The notes beneath the pieces are model-generated. The model did not search any database, was not told where the DNA came from, and saw only the letters and a program-made list of their open reading frames with translations. DNA of 63,569 nt, counting the filler, from Actinomycetota bacterium (GTDB lineage: Bacteria > Actinomycetota > CADDZG01 > JAHWKV01 > JAOPZY01), in the NCBI GenBank assembly GCA_025963875.1. It is 5 parts of 5 records of this genome, joined end to end, with 100 filler letters (N's around TTAATTAATTAA, not from the genome) between each part and the next. Parts side by side here need not be neighbours in the genome. Positions count along the whole stretch, not along the records: positions 1 to 30,733 come from JAOPZY010000251.1; 4 more parts are not named here. The stretch is one strand, 5' to 3'. Numbering within the stretch: position 1 is the first letter of the stretch; the number at the start of each line of letters is the position of its first letter. Made by a program: the position numbers and the translations under genes. This document shows positions 18,606 through 28,182 of this stretch, piece after piece.

Positions 18606-20183
18606 TCAGACCACCTGGAAGGTGACGAAGTCGTAGCCGGAGGCCCCACTCGGGTGGGGAGCAGCGGGCTGGGAGGTCTGGATCTCGCCCGTGCCGTCGG
18701 TAGCCCGCACCAGGACCCGGCGCGGGCCCGTCCCCGGCGAGATGTCCGTCGCCCAGAGCCGCCACGCCACCGGGGACAGCTCCCGCTTCAGCACGGCCGG
18801 CCGCCACGTCGCGCCGGCGTCATCGGAGACCTCGACCTTGACGATCCCACGGTCCCCGGCCCAGGCGACGCCGGCCAGCTTCCCCGGGAGGTGGACACTG
18901 TCGGCCGAGGCGGGGGCGTCGATGCGGGACTCCGTCTTCACCCGGGCGACGTCGTCCCAGCCCCTGACCTCCCAGTAGCCCCTGTAGTGGTGGTCGACGG
19001 GGGCGATGCTCGTCAGCCACTTCACGTTCTTCATCCCGTAGATGCCCGGCACGATGATCCGGGCTGGGAAGCCGTGCTCCTTGGGGAGCGCGTCGCCGTT
19101 CATCCCGAAGACCACCAGCGTCGTGTCCTCCATAGCCTTGGCGAGGGGGATGGAGTCGGAGTAGCCCTCGGTGGACTTGAAGACGATCTCGGAGACCGAG
19201 GGCCCCAGGCCGGCCTTGGCGAGCACGTCCTTCAACCGTACCCCCCGCCAGACCGCCGTCGAGATCAGGTTGCCCCCGACGTCGTTGGAGATGCAGGTGA
19301 GGGTGTGGGCCATCTCCACGACCTCGAAGCCGTTCTGGAGCTGGGTGTAGCTCAGCTCGTAGGGCGACGTCACCAGGCCCTCGATGCTGAGGCGCCACGT
19401 GGCCGAGTCCACCGACGGCTTCAGGAAGTCGATGTCGACGTTGTAGAAGTCGGCGGTGGGTGTGATCTCCGGCGACAGCCCGGCGACCTGGGGGAAGGTG
19501 GCGTCCGGCGCCGGAGGCGTGAAGGGCTTGGTCGCCCCCACGATGCGGACCTTCGGACCCCGCCGGAGGAACTTCGAGACGCCGGCGCCGGCGAGCAGCG
19601 CCAGCCCGCCGAGGGCGACGCCTCGGCCGAGGAAGCTGCGCCGGGACCGGCGCATGGCGTCGAGGGGCGTCTCGCCCTCCCTGACCTCGGGCTCGAGCAT
19701 GCGGCCGAGCGACACCCCGGCGCTGACGCGGGCGTAGCCGTACGCTGCGACGGCGTAGACCAGCAGCGCCGGCCAGGCCATACCGCCCCCGGCGGTCACC
19801 GCGAGGACCAGTGAGGCCACGAACAGACCCACCGTCACGGCGAACGCCGCCCTCGCCCGGCGGCCGGGGCTGGGGATGGCCGCCAGGCGCACCGCGCCGA
19901 CGCCACCCAGGAGGAGGAGGCCGGCGTGCACGGCGATGAACAGCGCCCGCAGGCCCCAGTGTTTGAAGCTCTCGATGGTCGCCGTGGCGAGGCCGCCGGG
20001 AATGATCGTCCGGATGACGTCGACGACCCGTTCCGGCGGATAGGGCACCGCGCCGAGCACGATCCCGGCGGCATACGTGAACGCCATCGCCGCCGCCATC
20101 GCCACGACGCCGGTCAGGAACTGGCGCCGGCGCGAGGGGGCGGGCTCGGCAGTCGCCTGCACCGCCTCCTTCGCGATTGTCAT
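18606..20183 (-). CDS. membrane-anchored molybdopterin-dependent oxidoreductase (sulfite oxidase family)
   Basis: TLTCISN, WRGVRL, MNG..LP.EHGFPAR, GMKNVKW, YWEVRGW; N-terminal TM helices and an internal RRSFL twin-arginine-like motif. Confidence 0.92.
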   Translation of the reverse strand: MTIAKEAVQATAEPAPSRRRQFLTGVVAMAAAMAFTYAAGIVLGAVPYPPERVVDVIRTIIPGGLATATIESFKHWGLRALFIAVHAGLLLLGGVGAVRLAAIPSPGRRARAAFAVTVGLFVASLVLAVTAGGGMAWPALLVYAVAAYGYARVSAGVSLGRMLEPEVREGETPLDAMRRSRRSFLGRGVALGGLALLAGAGVSKFLRRGPKVRIVGATKPFTPPAPDATFPQVAGLSPEITPTADFYNVDIDFLKPSVDSATWRLSIEGLVTSPYELSYTQLQNGFEVVEMAHTLTCISNDVGGNLISTAVWRGVRLKDVLAKAGLGPSVSEIVFKSTEGYSDSIPLAKAMEDTTLVVFGMNGDALPKEHGFPARIIVPGIYGMKNVKWLTSIAPVDHHYRGYWEVRGWDDVARVKTESRIDAPASADSVHLPGKLAGVAWAGDRGIVKVEVSDDAGATWRPAVLKRELSPVAWRLWATDISPGTGPRRVLVRATDGTGEIQTSQPAAPHPSGASGYDFVTFQVV

Positions 20184-21172
20184 GGGGTGTTGGCCGGCTT
20201 GCCTGCGAGGCTCTCCCGCAGCTCACGGGCGCTCGGCACTCGAGGGCCGGCCACGGTGCCGGGCAGCTCCTCGACAACGGCGGTCGCCGGCGGGTCCTCC
20301 CCCACCTCGACTTTGTCGCCCAGGGCGACGGTGGTGCGGACGGGGCCGATGCCGAACCCGCCCCCCGGGCTGGTGACCCGGCCGACCTCCTGGCCCTCGT
20401 GGCGCACCACGCCGGCACGGGCGGGGCCGTCGAACCGGAGATGCCGGAGGCGCCGCTTCACCCTCCCGCGCTGGGTCATCGCCACCGCCTCCTGCCCCAG
20501 GTAGCACCCCTTCGCGAAGTGGACCGCCCGCTCCAGGGCAGCCTCCTGCGGCAGGAACCCCTCGTCGAAGTCGACCCGGTCGCGGGCCAGGCCGCTGGCG
20601 GCCCGTAGGGCCTCGTAGTCCTCGGGGGTGGCCGGCGTCCCGCCGGCGGCGGTGAGGGAGGCGAGCGTCACGTCGACCGCCCCCTTCGGTACGTAGAGAT
20701 CGAGACCGGGGATGGGACGGGCCACCCGCACCACGAGCGCGGCGGCGCACCGGACGCTGGCGTGCTCGGCGTCGGGGGGGACCCTGTCGACAAGGGTCAT
20801 GGTGCGGACGACGTCGTCCGCGGCGGGGCCGAGGACGGACACGATCCCGAAGTCGCCGGTGACGTCGGCGATCTCCACCCGGGTCGAGAACACCCGCCCC
20901 TGAAAGAACTCGGCAAGCCCGGCGGCGAGGCCGGGCTCCATGTCGGCCATCACCTCGCCACCGTTGGAGACGAGGCGGAGGAGCGCCCGGATCTTCCCGT
21001 GGGGGGTCAGCAGCAGCGCCTCGGCCCCCTGACCGTCGGCGAGGTCCACCACCTGGTTGGAGAGCAGCTGGTCGCAGAACCAGAGGGCCTGGTCCCCCCT
21101 GAAGCGGAGCTTGCCCCGGTCGGAACGGTCGACAACGCCCGCGGAGGCGAAGGGTGACCCTGGGGCGGACAT
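20180..21172 (-). CDS. ygfZ: YgfZ/GcvT-like folate-binding protein
   Basis: KGCYLGQE signature; GGAGG RBS before ATG 21172. Confidence 0.88.
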   Translation of the reverse strand: MSAPGSPFASAGVVDRSDRGKLRFRGDQALWFCDQLLSNQVVDLADGQGAEALLLTPHGKIRALLRLVSNGGEVMADMEPGLAAGLAEFFQGRVFSTRVEIADVTGDFGIVSVLGPAADDVVRTMTLVDRVPPDAEHASVRCAAALVVRVARPIPGLDLYVPKGAVDVTLASLTAAGGTPATPEDYEALRAASGLARDRVDFDEGFLPQEAALERAVHFAKGCYLGQEAVAMTQRGRVKRRLRHLRFDGPARAGVVRHEGQEVGRVTSPGGGFGIGPVRTTVALGDKVEVGEDPPATAVVEELPGTVAGPRVPSARELRESLAGKPANTP

Positions 21173-21267
21173 GGTCCTCCCAGCGTAACGCCGTACCCGG
21201 GCTACCTGAGGTTGGTAGCTTTTCCCGCGGATACGCGGGATTTCCTTCTGACCTCGAAGCTGCCCGG

Positions 21268-21945
21268 CTACCTTTCGCCCGCGGGACCGGGCAGCAGCCC
21301 GTACGTCGCCCCGCACATGCCGCAGTAGATGGCGACGAAGGGGAGGGCCTCCCCGCGCGGTCCGGGGATCGTGACCGCCGCCGTCTTGGCGGTCTCGGCG
21401 GTCAGCGCCCGGCACTGGATGCAGAGTGGCCCCGTGGGAGGGTCCTGGGACGCCGCCGCCGGGCGGGACCAGGCGCCGCCTCGCACCGATTCGGGCCCCG
21501 ATTCCGAGATGAGGGCCATGACCTGCTGGCGGATGGCATCCGGCTCCGCCCCGAGGACCCGCAGCACCTCCACCCCCACGCCCGGCCCCATCTTCGTGTC
21601 CACCTGCACCATGCCCAGGAGGATGTGCTCGGTCCCGATGGAAGTGTGCGCGAGCTCCAGGGCTTCCCGGAGGGAGAGCTCCAGGGTCTTCTTCGCCCGC
21701 GACGTGAAGGGGATGTTGCCCGCCGGCGCCGCGGTCCCCGGGGCGGCCTTCTCCCCCACCTGGGCCCGGGCGGCGTCCAGTGTGATGTCCATTGCCGCCA
21801 GCGCCTGGGCGGCGACCCCGTCCCTCTCGGACAACAGGCCGAGCAGCAGATGCTCGGTGCCGATGGCGTCGTGCTTCAGCTGGCGCGCTTCCTCCTGCGC
21901 CAGCACGATCACCCGCCGAGCCCGATCCGTGAACCGCTCGAACAT
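21268..21945 (-). CDS. stand-alone Clp N-terminal domain protein with C-terminal CxxC...CxxC
   Basis: MFERFTDRARRVIVLAQEEA, two IGTEH repeats, no AAA+ domain; CIQC and CGMC. Confidence 0.9.
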   Translation of the reverse strand: MFERFTDRARRVIVLAQEEARQLKHDAIGTEHLLLGLLSERDGVAAQALAAMDITLDAARAQVGEKAAPGTAAPAGNIPFTSRAKKTLELSLREALELAHTSIGTEHILLGMVQVDTKMGPGVGVEVLRVLGAEPDAIRQQVMALISESGPESVRGGAWSRPAAASQDPPTGPLCIQCRALTAETAKTAAVTIPGPRGEALPFVAIYCGMCGATYGLLPGPAGER

Positions 21946-21978
21946 GTCCAGATCGTACGCCGGGGAGGACCCGCCGTC

Positions 21979-23037
21979 TCAATCGTGGTCGTGCGGTATG
22001 TGGTCGTGGTCAGGGTGATCGTGGGTGTGGGCGGCATTGTCCGCCGCCCCGTCGAAATGGTGGGCGGTGGCCCGGTGGTAATGGGCGTCCTCGCCGCCCT
22101 CGGCCCACGGGTCGAAGTGCACGTTCACCTGCGAGACACCTTCGACGTCGTGCAGGATGGCGTGGCGCACGTCCTCCCCGATGTCGTGGGCCTCGTGCAG
22201 CGGCAGGTCCTGGTCGAGGGAGAGGTGCAGGTTGACCAGGAGCGACCGTCCGGCCCAGCGGGCCTGGATGTCATGGGAGTCGATGACCCCGGCCACCGCC
22301 TCGGCGCTGTGCTGGATGCCTTCGATCAGCTCCGGGTCGACGGCGTCGACCACCCGCAGGATCACCCCCCTGGCGGTGCCGATCGTCACCCAGACGATGA
22401 CAGCGGTGATGGCCAGCGCCGCGATGGGGTCGGCCTTGGGATAGCCGAGGGCCACCCCGGAGAGCCCCACCAGCGCCCCCGCCGAAACGAAGCCGTCGAC
22501 ACGGGAGTGGATGCCGTCGGCCTCGAGGGCGACGGAGTGGATCCTGCGGCCGATCGCGATCTTGTACTGGGCCACCGCCTCGTTCCCGATGATCCCGACC
22601 ACGGCCGCCGCCATGGAGATGGCCAGGTGTCCCACCGCCCTGGGCCTGAGCATCGCCCGGTAGGACTCGTAGGCAGCGGCTGCGGCGGTGAGGGCGATGA
22701 TGGCGACGATGCCGATGCCGGCCAGGTCCTCGAAGCGGTGGTAGCCGAAGGTGTAGCGCTCGTCGGCGGCCCGGCGGGACGCGCGGAAGGCGACCCAGAG
22801 GGCGACGGTGGTGAAGACGTCGCCCAGGTTGTGCAGTCCATCGGCCAGCAGGGCGACCGAGCCGCCGAATGCGGCAATCGCGAACTGCACGGCTGCGGTC
22901 GCCGCCAGGCCGAAAGTGGAGACCTTGATCGCCCGGATGCCGTCGGCGGAAGCCCATGCGGCGCGGTCCACGACGCCGTGGTCGTGCCCGTGCCCGTGGT
23001 GGCGCCCCTGATGCTGTCCGGCGTGGCCTCCCGCCAT
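21979..23037 (-). CDS. cation diffusion facilitator (CDF) metal transporter
   Basis: ALLADGLHN, YTFGYHRFEDL, DGIHSRVD, His-rich N- and C-termini. Confidence 0.93.
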   Translation of the reverse strand: MAGGHAGQHQGRHHGHGHDHGVVDRAAWASADGIRAIKVSTFGLAATAAVQFAIAAFGGSVALLADGLHNLGDVFTTVALWVAFRASRRAADERYTFGYHRFEDLAGIGIVAIIALTAAAAAYESYRAMLRPRAVGHLAISMAAAVVGIIGNEAVAQYKIAIGRRIHSVALEADGIHSRVDGFVSAGALVGLSGVALGYPKADPIAALAITAVIVWVTIGTARGVILRVVDAVDPELIEGIQHSAEAVAGVIDSHDIQARWAGRSLLVNLHLSLDQDLPLHEAHDIGEDVRHAILHDVEGVSQVNVHFDPWAEGGEDAHYHRATAHHFDGAADNAAHTHDHPDHDHIPHDHD

Positions 23038-23176
23038 TTCGGCAGGATACCGCCGCCCCCCTGGCGACCGGCTTTCCCCCAGGTTGCATTGGTCCCGGGT
23101 AACGGGTACCTTGGCTCCGCCGCGGCCACGGCGCACATGGCCGACACGCGCGCCGGATGCCGGTGGAGGGGGAAAC

Positions 23177-24445
23177 ATGTCGTTACACGGGGGAACTCCC
23201 CCGCCACAGAAGAAGAAGCGCCCGGGACTCGGTGGCTTCAAGCCCGCCGGCGGCGGGCGTTCCGGCAGCAGTTTCACTCCGCCGTCGTCCGGCAGCAGTT
23301 GGAGGCCGCCCTCCTCGGGCAGCAGTTGGACGCCGCCAACGTCGCGGAGCAGTTGGACGCCGCCGTCGTCGGGGGCCAGCTTCCGACCGCCGCCGCCTTC
23401 GTCCGGCAGCACCTACACACCCCGGTCCACATCCAGCGGCTCGTCGCGCGGGGCCTCGCCCTTCGGGGGGTTCAAGTTCCCCGGCCTGGGCGGCGGGCCC
23501 GGTGGCGGCGGCATCTGGGGCGCGGAACCCACGGGCCCCGGCTTCACCGCCAACTGGACGGAATCCACCCGCACGCTCGTCGCCGCCGGTGCCGGCGCCC
23601 TCATCCTCCTCGGTGCGGGCCTGCTGGTCTTCGGGCTCATGAAGGGCGGCCAGGCGAAGACGGACGTGGCAGTGATCAGGGATGCTGGGATCACGAAGTT
23701 CGTCCCCCCGACGGCGTCGGCTGGGGGCAAGACCCAGATGAGCATCGCCTTCACCGACGGCACCAGCGCCGACCTGCTCTACGACCCGAGCCTCGACCTG
23801 GCGAGCCTGGGGGTGAACGTCGCCGACTCCGGAACCCTGGGCAAGTTCACCCGGGGGGGCCGGCAGTTCCAGATCGACCACGGCGGCGCGAGCTTCGTCG
23901 GCAGCCACCCGACGCCTCCACCCCAGGGCCTGCCGGGCGCCGCCGGGGGGGCCTCGGTCCCGGTGTTGCCGGCTCCCAGCCCCACCCAGGGGAACTATCT
24001 CGACTTCAAGTTCGGCGATTGGCACGTCGGCGTGTGGGAGGGGATCGGCGACGAGCTGATGTCTCCCTCCGACGACCAGGCGTGGGCCGCCAACCTGGTG
24101 GGGACACCGAACGCGTCGGGTTTCCTCGTCCTCACCGCCAAGGACCCGCTCAAGCTCACGCCCTTCGGCACCGCGGGGGGGCCGTACATGACCATCGGCG
24201 ACATCTACTCCACCGGCGTCCTGCTGACCCCCGGCGCCTGCAGCGTGCCGTCGGGCAACAACGTCGCCAACAATGCCAACGGGGTCCCCGTGCGGATCTC
24301 GCAGAACGCCCCGGATCACTACGAGGGCGACCTCTGCCTGAAGGACCAGAAAATGGAGGCCCTCATCTACGGCAGCCAGACCTTCGTCCGCGGGGTTACC
24401 GACAGCCTCGAACTCCGCAACGTCAAGGCAGGCCCGGCCCGCTAA
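23177..24445 (+). CDS. single-pass membrane protein with N-terminal Ser/Pro/Gly low-complexity repeats
   Basis: GGAGG RBS, 9-aa repeats, one TM helix (LVAAGAGALILLGAGLLVFGL), long C-terminal domain with two Cys. Confidence 0.8.
   Translation: MSLHGGTPPPQKKKRPGLGGFKPAGGGRSGSSFTPPSSGSSWRPPSSGSSWTPPTSRSSWTPPSSGASFRPPPPSSGSTYTPRSTSSGSSRGASPFGGFKFPGLGGGPGGGGIWGAEPTGPGFTANWTESTRTLVAAGAGALILLGAGLLVFGLMKGGQAKTDVAVIRDAGITKFVPPTASAGGKTQMSIAFTDGTSADLLYDPSLDLASLGVNVADSGTLGKFTRGGRQFQIDHGGASFVGSHPTPPPQGLPGAAGGASVPVLPAPSPTQGNYLDFKFGDWHVGVWEGIGDELMSPSDDQAWAANLVGTPNASGFLVLTAKDPLKLTPFGTAGGPYMTIGDIYSTGVLLTPGACSVPSGNNVANNANGVPVRISQNAPDHYEGDLCLKDQKMEALIYGSQTFVRGVTDSLELRNVKAGPAR
23261..23428 (+). repeat. coding tandem repeat, about six 27-bp units
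   Basis: SGSSFTPPS/SGSSWRPPS/SGSSWTPPT/SRSSWTPPS/SGASFRPPPPS/SGSTYTPRS. Confidence 0.85.
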
Positions 24446-25170
24446 GCGCCCGCAGTCTCCAGCAACGCCTTGGCGTAGGCGGGCCCCACGCCGCCGCCCT
24501 CGTGCTTGAAGTAGCAGTAGACGTCCCGGCCCTCGTCGAGCAGCGCGCGGACGCGGGCACCCCAAGCCGCGATCTCGTCGGCCCCATAGTCCTCCTTGCG
24601 CAGGCGGAGGTAGACGTGCGGGGCCGTGACCTCAATCGATGCCAGGGCCTTGGCGTCGGTGTCCGCCGCGCACACCGCGACCCCGTGCGCCTCCAGCAGC
24701 TTGGCCACCTCGGGGTCGCCCCAGGACTCGTGGCGGAACTCCATCGCTGCCCGGACGACCGGCGGCAGGCTCGACAGGAAGCCCTCGAGGAGCTCGCGGC
24801 TGTACACGAGGGTCGGGGGGAGCTGGAACAGCACGACCCCGAGGCGGTCCCCGAGGCTCAGCGCCTTGCGGACAAACTCGTCAACGTCGCCGGCGGCGCC
24901 GACCAGCCGGCGGATGTGCGTGATGCGCTGGGGGGCCTTGAGCGTCAGGCGGAATCCCTCGGGCGTCTGCGACCGCCACCCCTCCAGCACGGCATCCGAC
25001 GGAAGGCGCCGGAAGGTGTAGTTGATCTCCACAGACGGCAGCACGCTCGCGTAGTGCGACAGCATCTTCTTGGCGGGGAGGTCGGCGGGGTAGAACGGGC
25101 CTTTCCACTCCTGGTAGGCGAACCCGGAGGTACCGGCGTAGAGGGTGCCGGGCGCTGCGGCCGGCGTCAT
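24442..25170 (-). CDS. DUF72 domain protein
   Basis: GTSGF, WKGPFYP, VEINYTF, FQLPP, EFRHESW, YLRL. Confidence 0.94.
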   Translation of the reverse strand: MTPAAAPGTLYAGTSGFAYQEWKGPFYPADLPAKKMLSHYASVLPSVEINYTFRRLPSDAVLEGWRSQTPEGFRLTLKAPQRITHIRRLVGAAGDVDEFVRKALSLGDRLGVVLFQLPPTLVYSRELLEGFLSSLPPVVRAAMEFRHESWGDPEVAKLLEAHGVAVCAADTDAKALASIEVTAPHVYLRLRKEDYGADEIAAWGARVRALLDEGRDVYCYFKHEGGGVGPAYAKALLETAGA

Positions 25171-25889
25171 ACCCGCGACGACGGGCAGATCTCGTTCAGG
25201 ACGCACTCCTCGCAGCGCGGCACGGGGGCCTTGCACACCTTGCGCCCGTGTTCGATGAACAGGTACGTGACCCGCATCCACTTGCTGCGGGGAATGAGCC
25301 GCATCAGGTCACGCTCCACCTTGACGGGGTCCGTCTCCTTCGTGAGGCCGAGGCGGCGGGCGAGCCGGCCGACGTGGGTGTCGACCGCGATGCCTTCCAC
25401 GACGCCGTAGACGTTGCCGAGGACGACGTTGGCAGTCTTGCGGGCGACGCCGGGCAGCGTGAGGATCTCCGCCATCGTGTCGGGGAGCTTGCCGTCGTAG
25501 GCGTCGAGCAGCCGGCGAGCGGCGCCCTGGATCGCCTTTGTCTTCATCCGGAAGAACCCCGTGCTCTTGATGTCGGCCTCGAACTCCTGCGGATCGGCTT
25601 TGGCGTAGTCCTCGAGCGTCCGGTACTTGGAGAACAGCCTCGCCGTCACCTTGTTCACCGTCGCATCGGTCGACTGGGCCGACATGATCGTGGCGAACAG
25701 CATCTCGTAGGGGGTGGAGAAATTGAGCGCAGTCCTGGCCTCGGGGTACTCCTTGTCCAGGCGCCGGTAGATCACAGGGAAACGCCGCTCCGGCGGGTCG
25801 TCGCGGGAGAGACGCGCCCGGCGCTTGGGCGCCGGTGGGGCCGGCGGGGGCTTGGGGGCAGCGGAAGTCTCGGGAGTCATGCGGGGCAT
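25167..25889 (-). CDS. nth: endonuclease III
   Basis: SAQSTD, LPGVARKTANV, VDTHV, C-x6-C-x2-C-x5-C Fe-S motif. Confidence 0.97.
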   Translation of the reverse strand: MPRMTPETSAAPKPPPAPPAPKRRARLSRDDPPERRFPVIYRRLDKEYPEARTALNFSTPYEMLFATIMSAQSTDATVNKVTARLFSKYRTLEDYAKADPQEFEADIKSTGFFRMKTKAIQGAARRLLDAYDGKLPDTMAEILTLPGVARKTANVVLGNVYGVVEGIAVDTHVGRLARRLGLTKETDPVKVERDLMRLIPRSKWMRVTYLFIEHGRKVCKAPVPRCEECVLNEICPSSRV

Positions 25890-25937
25890 TCTACGGAAGG
25901 AAGGACGCGAGCGACGGCCGCCTCAGATGGGCGAGGC

Positions 25938-26015
25938 AGATTCCGTCAAAAAGTGTGGCCCCTGCTTTTATCCGGCGCCTTGAGGGGCGCCTCGGGGCCC
26001 TTTTTGACGGAATCT
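25938..26015. repeat. palindromic element, family C copy 1 (16-bp perfect arms) with a nested family A repeat
   Basis: AGATTCCGTCAAAAAG (25938-25953) and CTTTTTGACGGAATCT (26000-26015). Confidence 0.88.
25970..25994 (+). repeat. family A copy (intergenic, nested in family C element)
   Basis: exact 25-mer. Confidence 0.92.
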
Positions 26016-26026
26016 AAAAAATGCAT

Positions 26027-27424
26027 CTAGGGGTAGGGCGACGCCGTCTCGGAGACCCGGAACGAGGGACTTCTCATCGCCTTGACGGACGGAGTCGCGA
26101 AGGGACTCGGTGAGAGGGTCGGGTATGGCGACGGCGTCCTCGTCAGCAGCGGGTTGAGCGACGGTGTCGCCGAGGGTGCGGACGGGCTCACGTCCGTCAC
26201 CGACGACCCCCGCTTCGCCAGCACGGCGAAGAAGTCTCTCGTGGAGGCGCCGAGGTAGCGGCCAGGATCGCCGGCCATCGTCGGCAGCAGCTTGGACCCG
26301 TTCGCGGAGTTCGGATCGGCCCCCATCACCGGCTTGAACGAGATGAACGACACCCACGTGGAGTTGATGTCCAACTCCATCGCCCGGACTGCGCCGGCGT
26401 GTTTGAGGATGTCCGCGAGGGATTGGATCGACAGCCCGGGGCCGGCGGCGTACACCAGAGCGCCGTTGCGGGTGACCCCGATCCCGGAGCGCCAGACGAG
26501 CACCTCGTTGCGCAGCGTGGCCCCCCACGAGCGCATCGAGTTGTGGAACACCTCCGGCGTGACCAGGCCGCCGTCGAGGATCAACGACAGGTTCTGGCGC
26601 ACGGCGTAGACCGAGGCCGTGATGGTGACGTCCCGCCCCCACTTCGCCACCGTGGCCGAGCCGTCCCGGTTGATCACCAGCGACGCTGCGTTGTCGACGA
26701 GCGGCCGTCCGGTGCGCCCGCCCGCGTAGTAGCCGCCCCAGCCGTCGGGCAGGCGGAAGCCGGCATTGAACGTGGCGAGCAGCCGGCGCCGTTGGTCGGC
26801 AGACAGCGGCGCCTGGTCCACCCACCCGCTGCCCCCCGGCTGCTGGGAGCCGGCGACGAGGCGCAGGTCGATCACGCGCGGGTCCATCCAGACCAGGCCG
26901 GCGGTCAGGCTGGTGTGCACCGCGTCGGGCCGGATGAAGGCCGCATACATCGCCGCCTCTCCGCCCACGGTTCGCCCGACGGGCTCCCATTGACCCTCGC
27001 CGGTCAGCGGCGGCTGCGCGATGGCCGGGACCGCCTCGGGCTTGCCGAGCGGCGACAGGGGAATGCCGGTCGCCTGGGGGTCCACCGAGCTCGGATCGAT
27101 GGTGCCGGTGCCGCCGTTCATGGCGGCGGGCGGTGCCCCACCGGCCGGCGGTGCGTTGTGCCCGTAGTACATGTTCTCGAACCAGGCCACCAACCGGGAT
27201 CCGCCCATCGACCGGACCCAGTCGACGGTACGGGCTCCGAGGGCGCCCCCGCCCGGCACGGTGAGCGCCTGGACGTAGGACACACCGAGGGGAGTGCCGA
27301 CCACCACGGCGACCAGTGCCACGATCGCCACCCATCGCCGCACCGAAAGGGTCCCGATCTGTACCCGGGGCTTGCCGGGAGCCTCTTTTTGGATCCAGGG
27401 CCGGTCGTCGAGCATGTTGGTCAT
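26027..27424 (-). CDS. membrane-anchored phosphodiester glycosidase (NAGPA/DUF2233-like) family protein
   Basis: N-terminal TM helix, FNAGF, RSGIG, AMELDIN motifs; ATGA overlap with dprE2. Confidence 0.75.
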   Translation of the reverse strand: MTNMLDDRPWIQKEAPGKPRVQIGTLSVRRWVAIVALVAVVVGTPLGVSYVQALTVPGGGALGARTVDWVRSMGGSRLVAWFENMYYGHNAPPAGGAPPAAMNGGTGTIDPSSVDPQATGIPLSPLGKPEAVPAIAQPPLTGEGQWEPVGRTVGGEAAMYAAFIRPDAVHTSLTAGLVWMDPRVIDLRLVAGSQQPGGSGWVDQAPLSADQRRRLLATFNAGFRLPDGWGGYYAGGRTGRPLVDNAASLVINRDGSATVAKWGRDVTITASVYAVRQNLSLILDGGLVTPEVFHNSMRSWGATLRNEVLVWRSGIGVTRNGALVYAAGPGLSIQSLADILKHAGAVRAMELDINSTWVSFISFKPVMGADPNSANGSKLLPTMAGDPGRYLGASTRDFFAVLAKRGSSVTDVSPSAPSATPSLNPLLTRTPSPYPTLSPSPFATPSVKAMRSPSFRVSETASPYP

Positions 27425-28182
27425 CCCGGCAACCTGCGGAACACGGCAGTCGGCAGCAGCTTCACGGCAGCCATCACCCAGCGCAGCACCGGCGGGGCCC
27501 ACACGAGGTCCTCGCCGGTCTCCAGCCCCCGGACCACGCATTCGGCGACGTCCTCGGCCGTGGTTGCGAACGGCGCGGGCTTGAGGCCCGCGGTCATGCG
27601 CGTCGCCACGAAGCCGGGGCGGACCACGACCACCCGGGCGCCCGAGCCTTCGAGGTGGTGGCGGAGGCCCTGGAAGAAGGCGTCCATACCGGCCTTGGAG
27701 GAGCCGTAGACGAAGTTGGAGGGGCGCACCCGGACCCCGGCCACCGAGGAGAGCGCCATCAGCGTCCCGTGCCCCTGCCGGCGCAGGTGCCCGGCGACGG
27801 CGATGCCCGCCGAGACCGAACCCGCGAAGTTGACAGCCGCCACCTCGGCGGCCCCCGTGGCATCGGTGGCGTCGCGCTCGGGGACGCCAAGGGTCCCGAA
27901 GGCGAAGAGCACGAGGTCGATGTCGCCGTGGCGACCGAAGACGTCGTCGATGAGGCTCTGGTGGCCGGCGGTCTCGGTCGCCTCGAACGAGAGGGTCTCG
28001 ACCGTCTCCGCCCCGAGCGTGAGCAGCTCGGCCGCGGTCTCCTTCAGCCGCTCTGGATCCCGGCCGGCGAGGATGACCGTCCGGGCGCGCCTCGCGACGA
28101 GCCGGCGCAGGATCGCCCGGGCCAGCTCCGAGCTCCCTCCCAGCACGAGGACGGACTGCGGCGCCCCCAGGGCGTCGTTCAT
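27421..28182 (-). CDS. dprE2: decaprenylphosphoryl-2-keto-ribose 2-reductase (SDR)
   Basis: MNDALGAPQSVLVLGGSSE, SSVAG.RVR.SNFVYGSSKAG; follows dprE1. Confidence 0.92.
   Translation of the reverse strand: MNDALGAPQSVLVLGGSSELARAILRRLVARRARTVILAGRDPERLKETAAELLTLGAETVETLSFEATETAGHQSLIDDVFGRHGDIDLVLFAFGTLGVPERDATDATGAAEVAAVNFAGSVSAGIAVAGHLRRQGHGTLMALSSVAGVRVRPSNFVYGSSKAGMDAFFQGLRHHLEGSGARVVVVRPGFVATRMTAGLKPAPFATTAEDVAECVVRGLETGEDLVWAPPVLRWVMAAVKLLPTAVFRRLPG

Noticed and set aside
21173..21267. Glycine or folate riboswitch upstream of the GcvT-like gene
   Set aside because: Only a CTCAGG fragment matches; the other conserved aptamer elements are absent and the space is short
23261..23428. 27-bp periodic repeat as a CRISPR array
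   Set aside because: Units are contiguous, degenerate at codon third positions and in frame within a CDS
21154..25410. 1418-aa ORF and many other long Arg/Pro/Gly-rich ORFs in the track
   Set aside because: Shadow frames expected in high-GC DNA; they overlap well-supported genes and lack motifs
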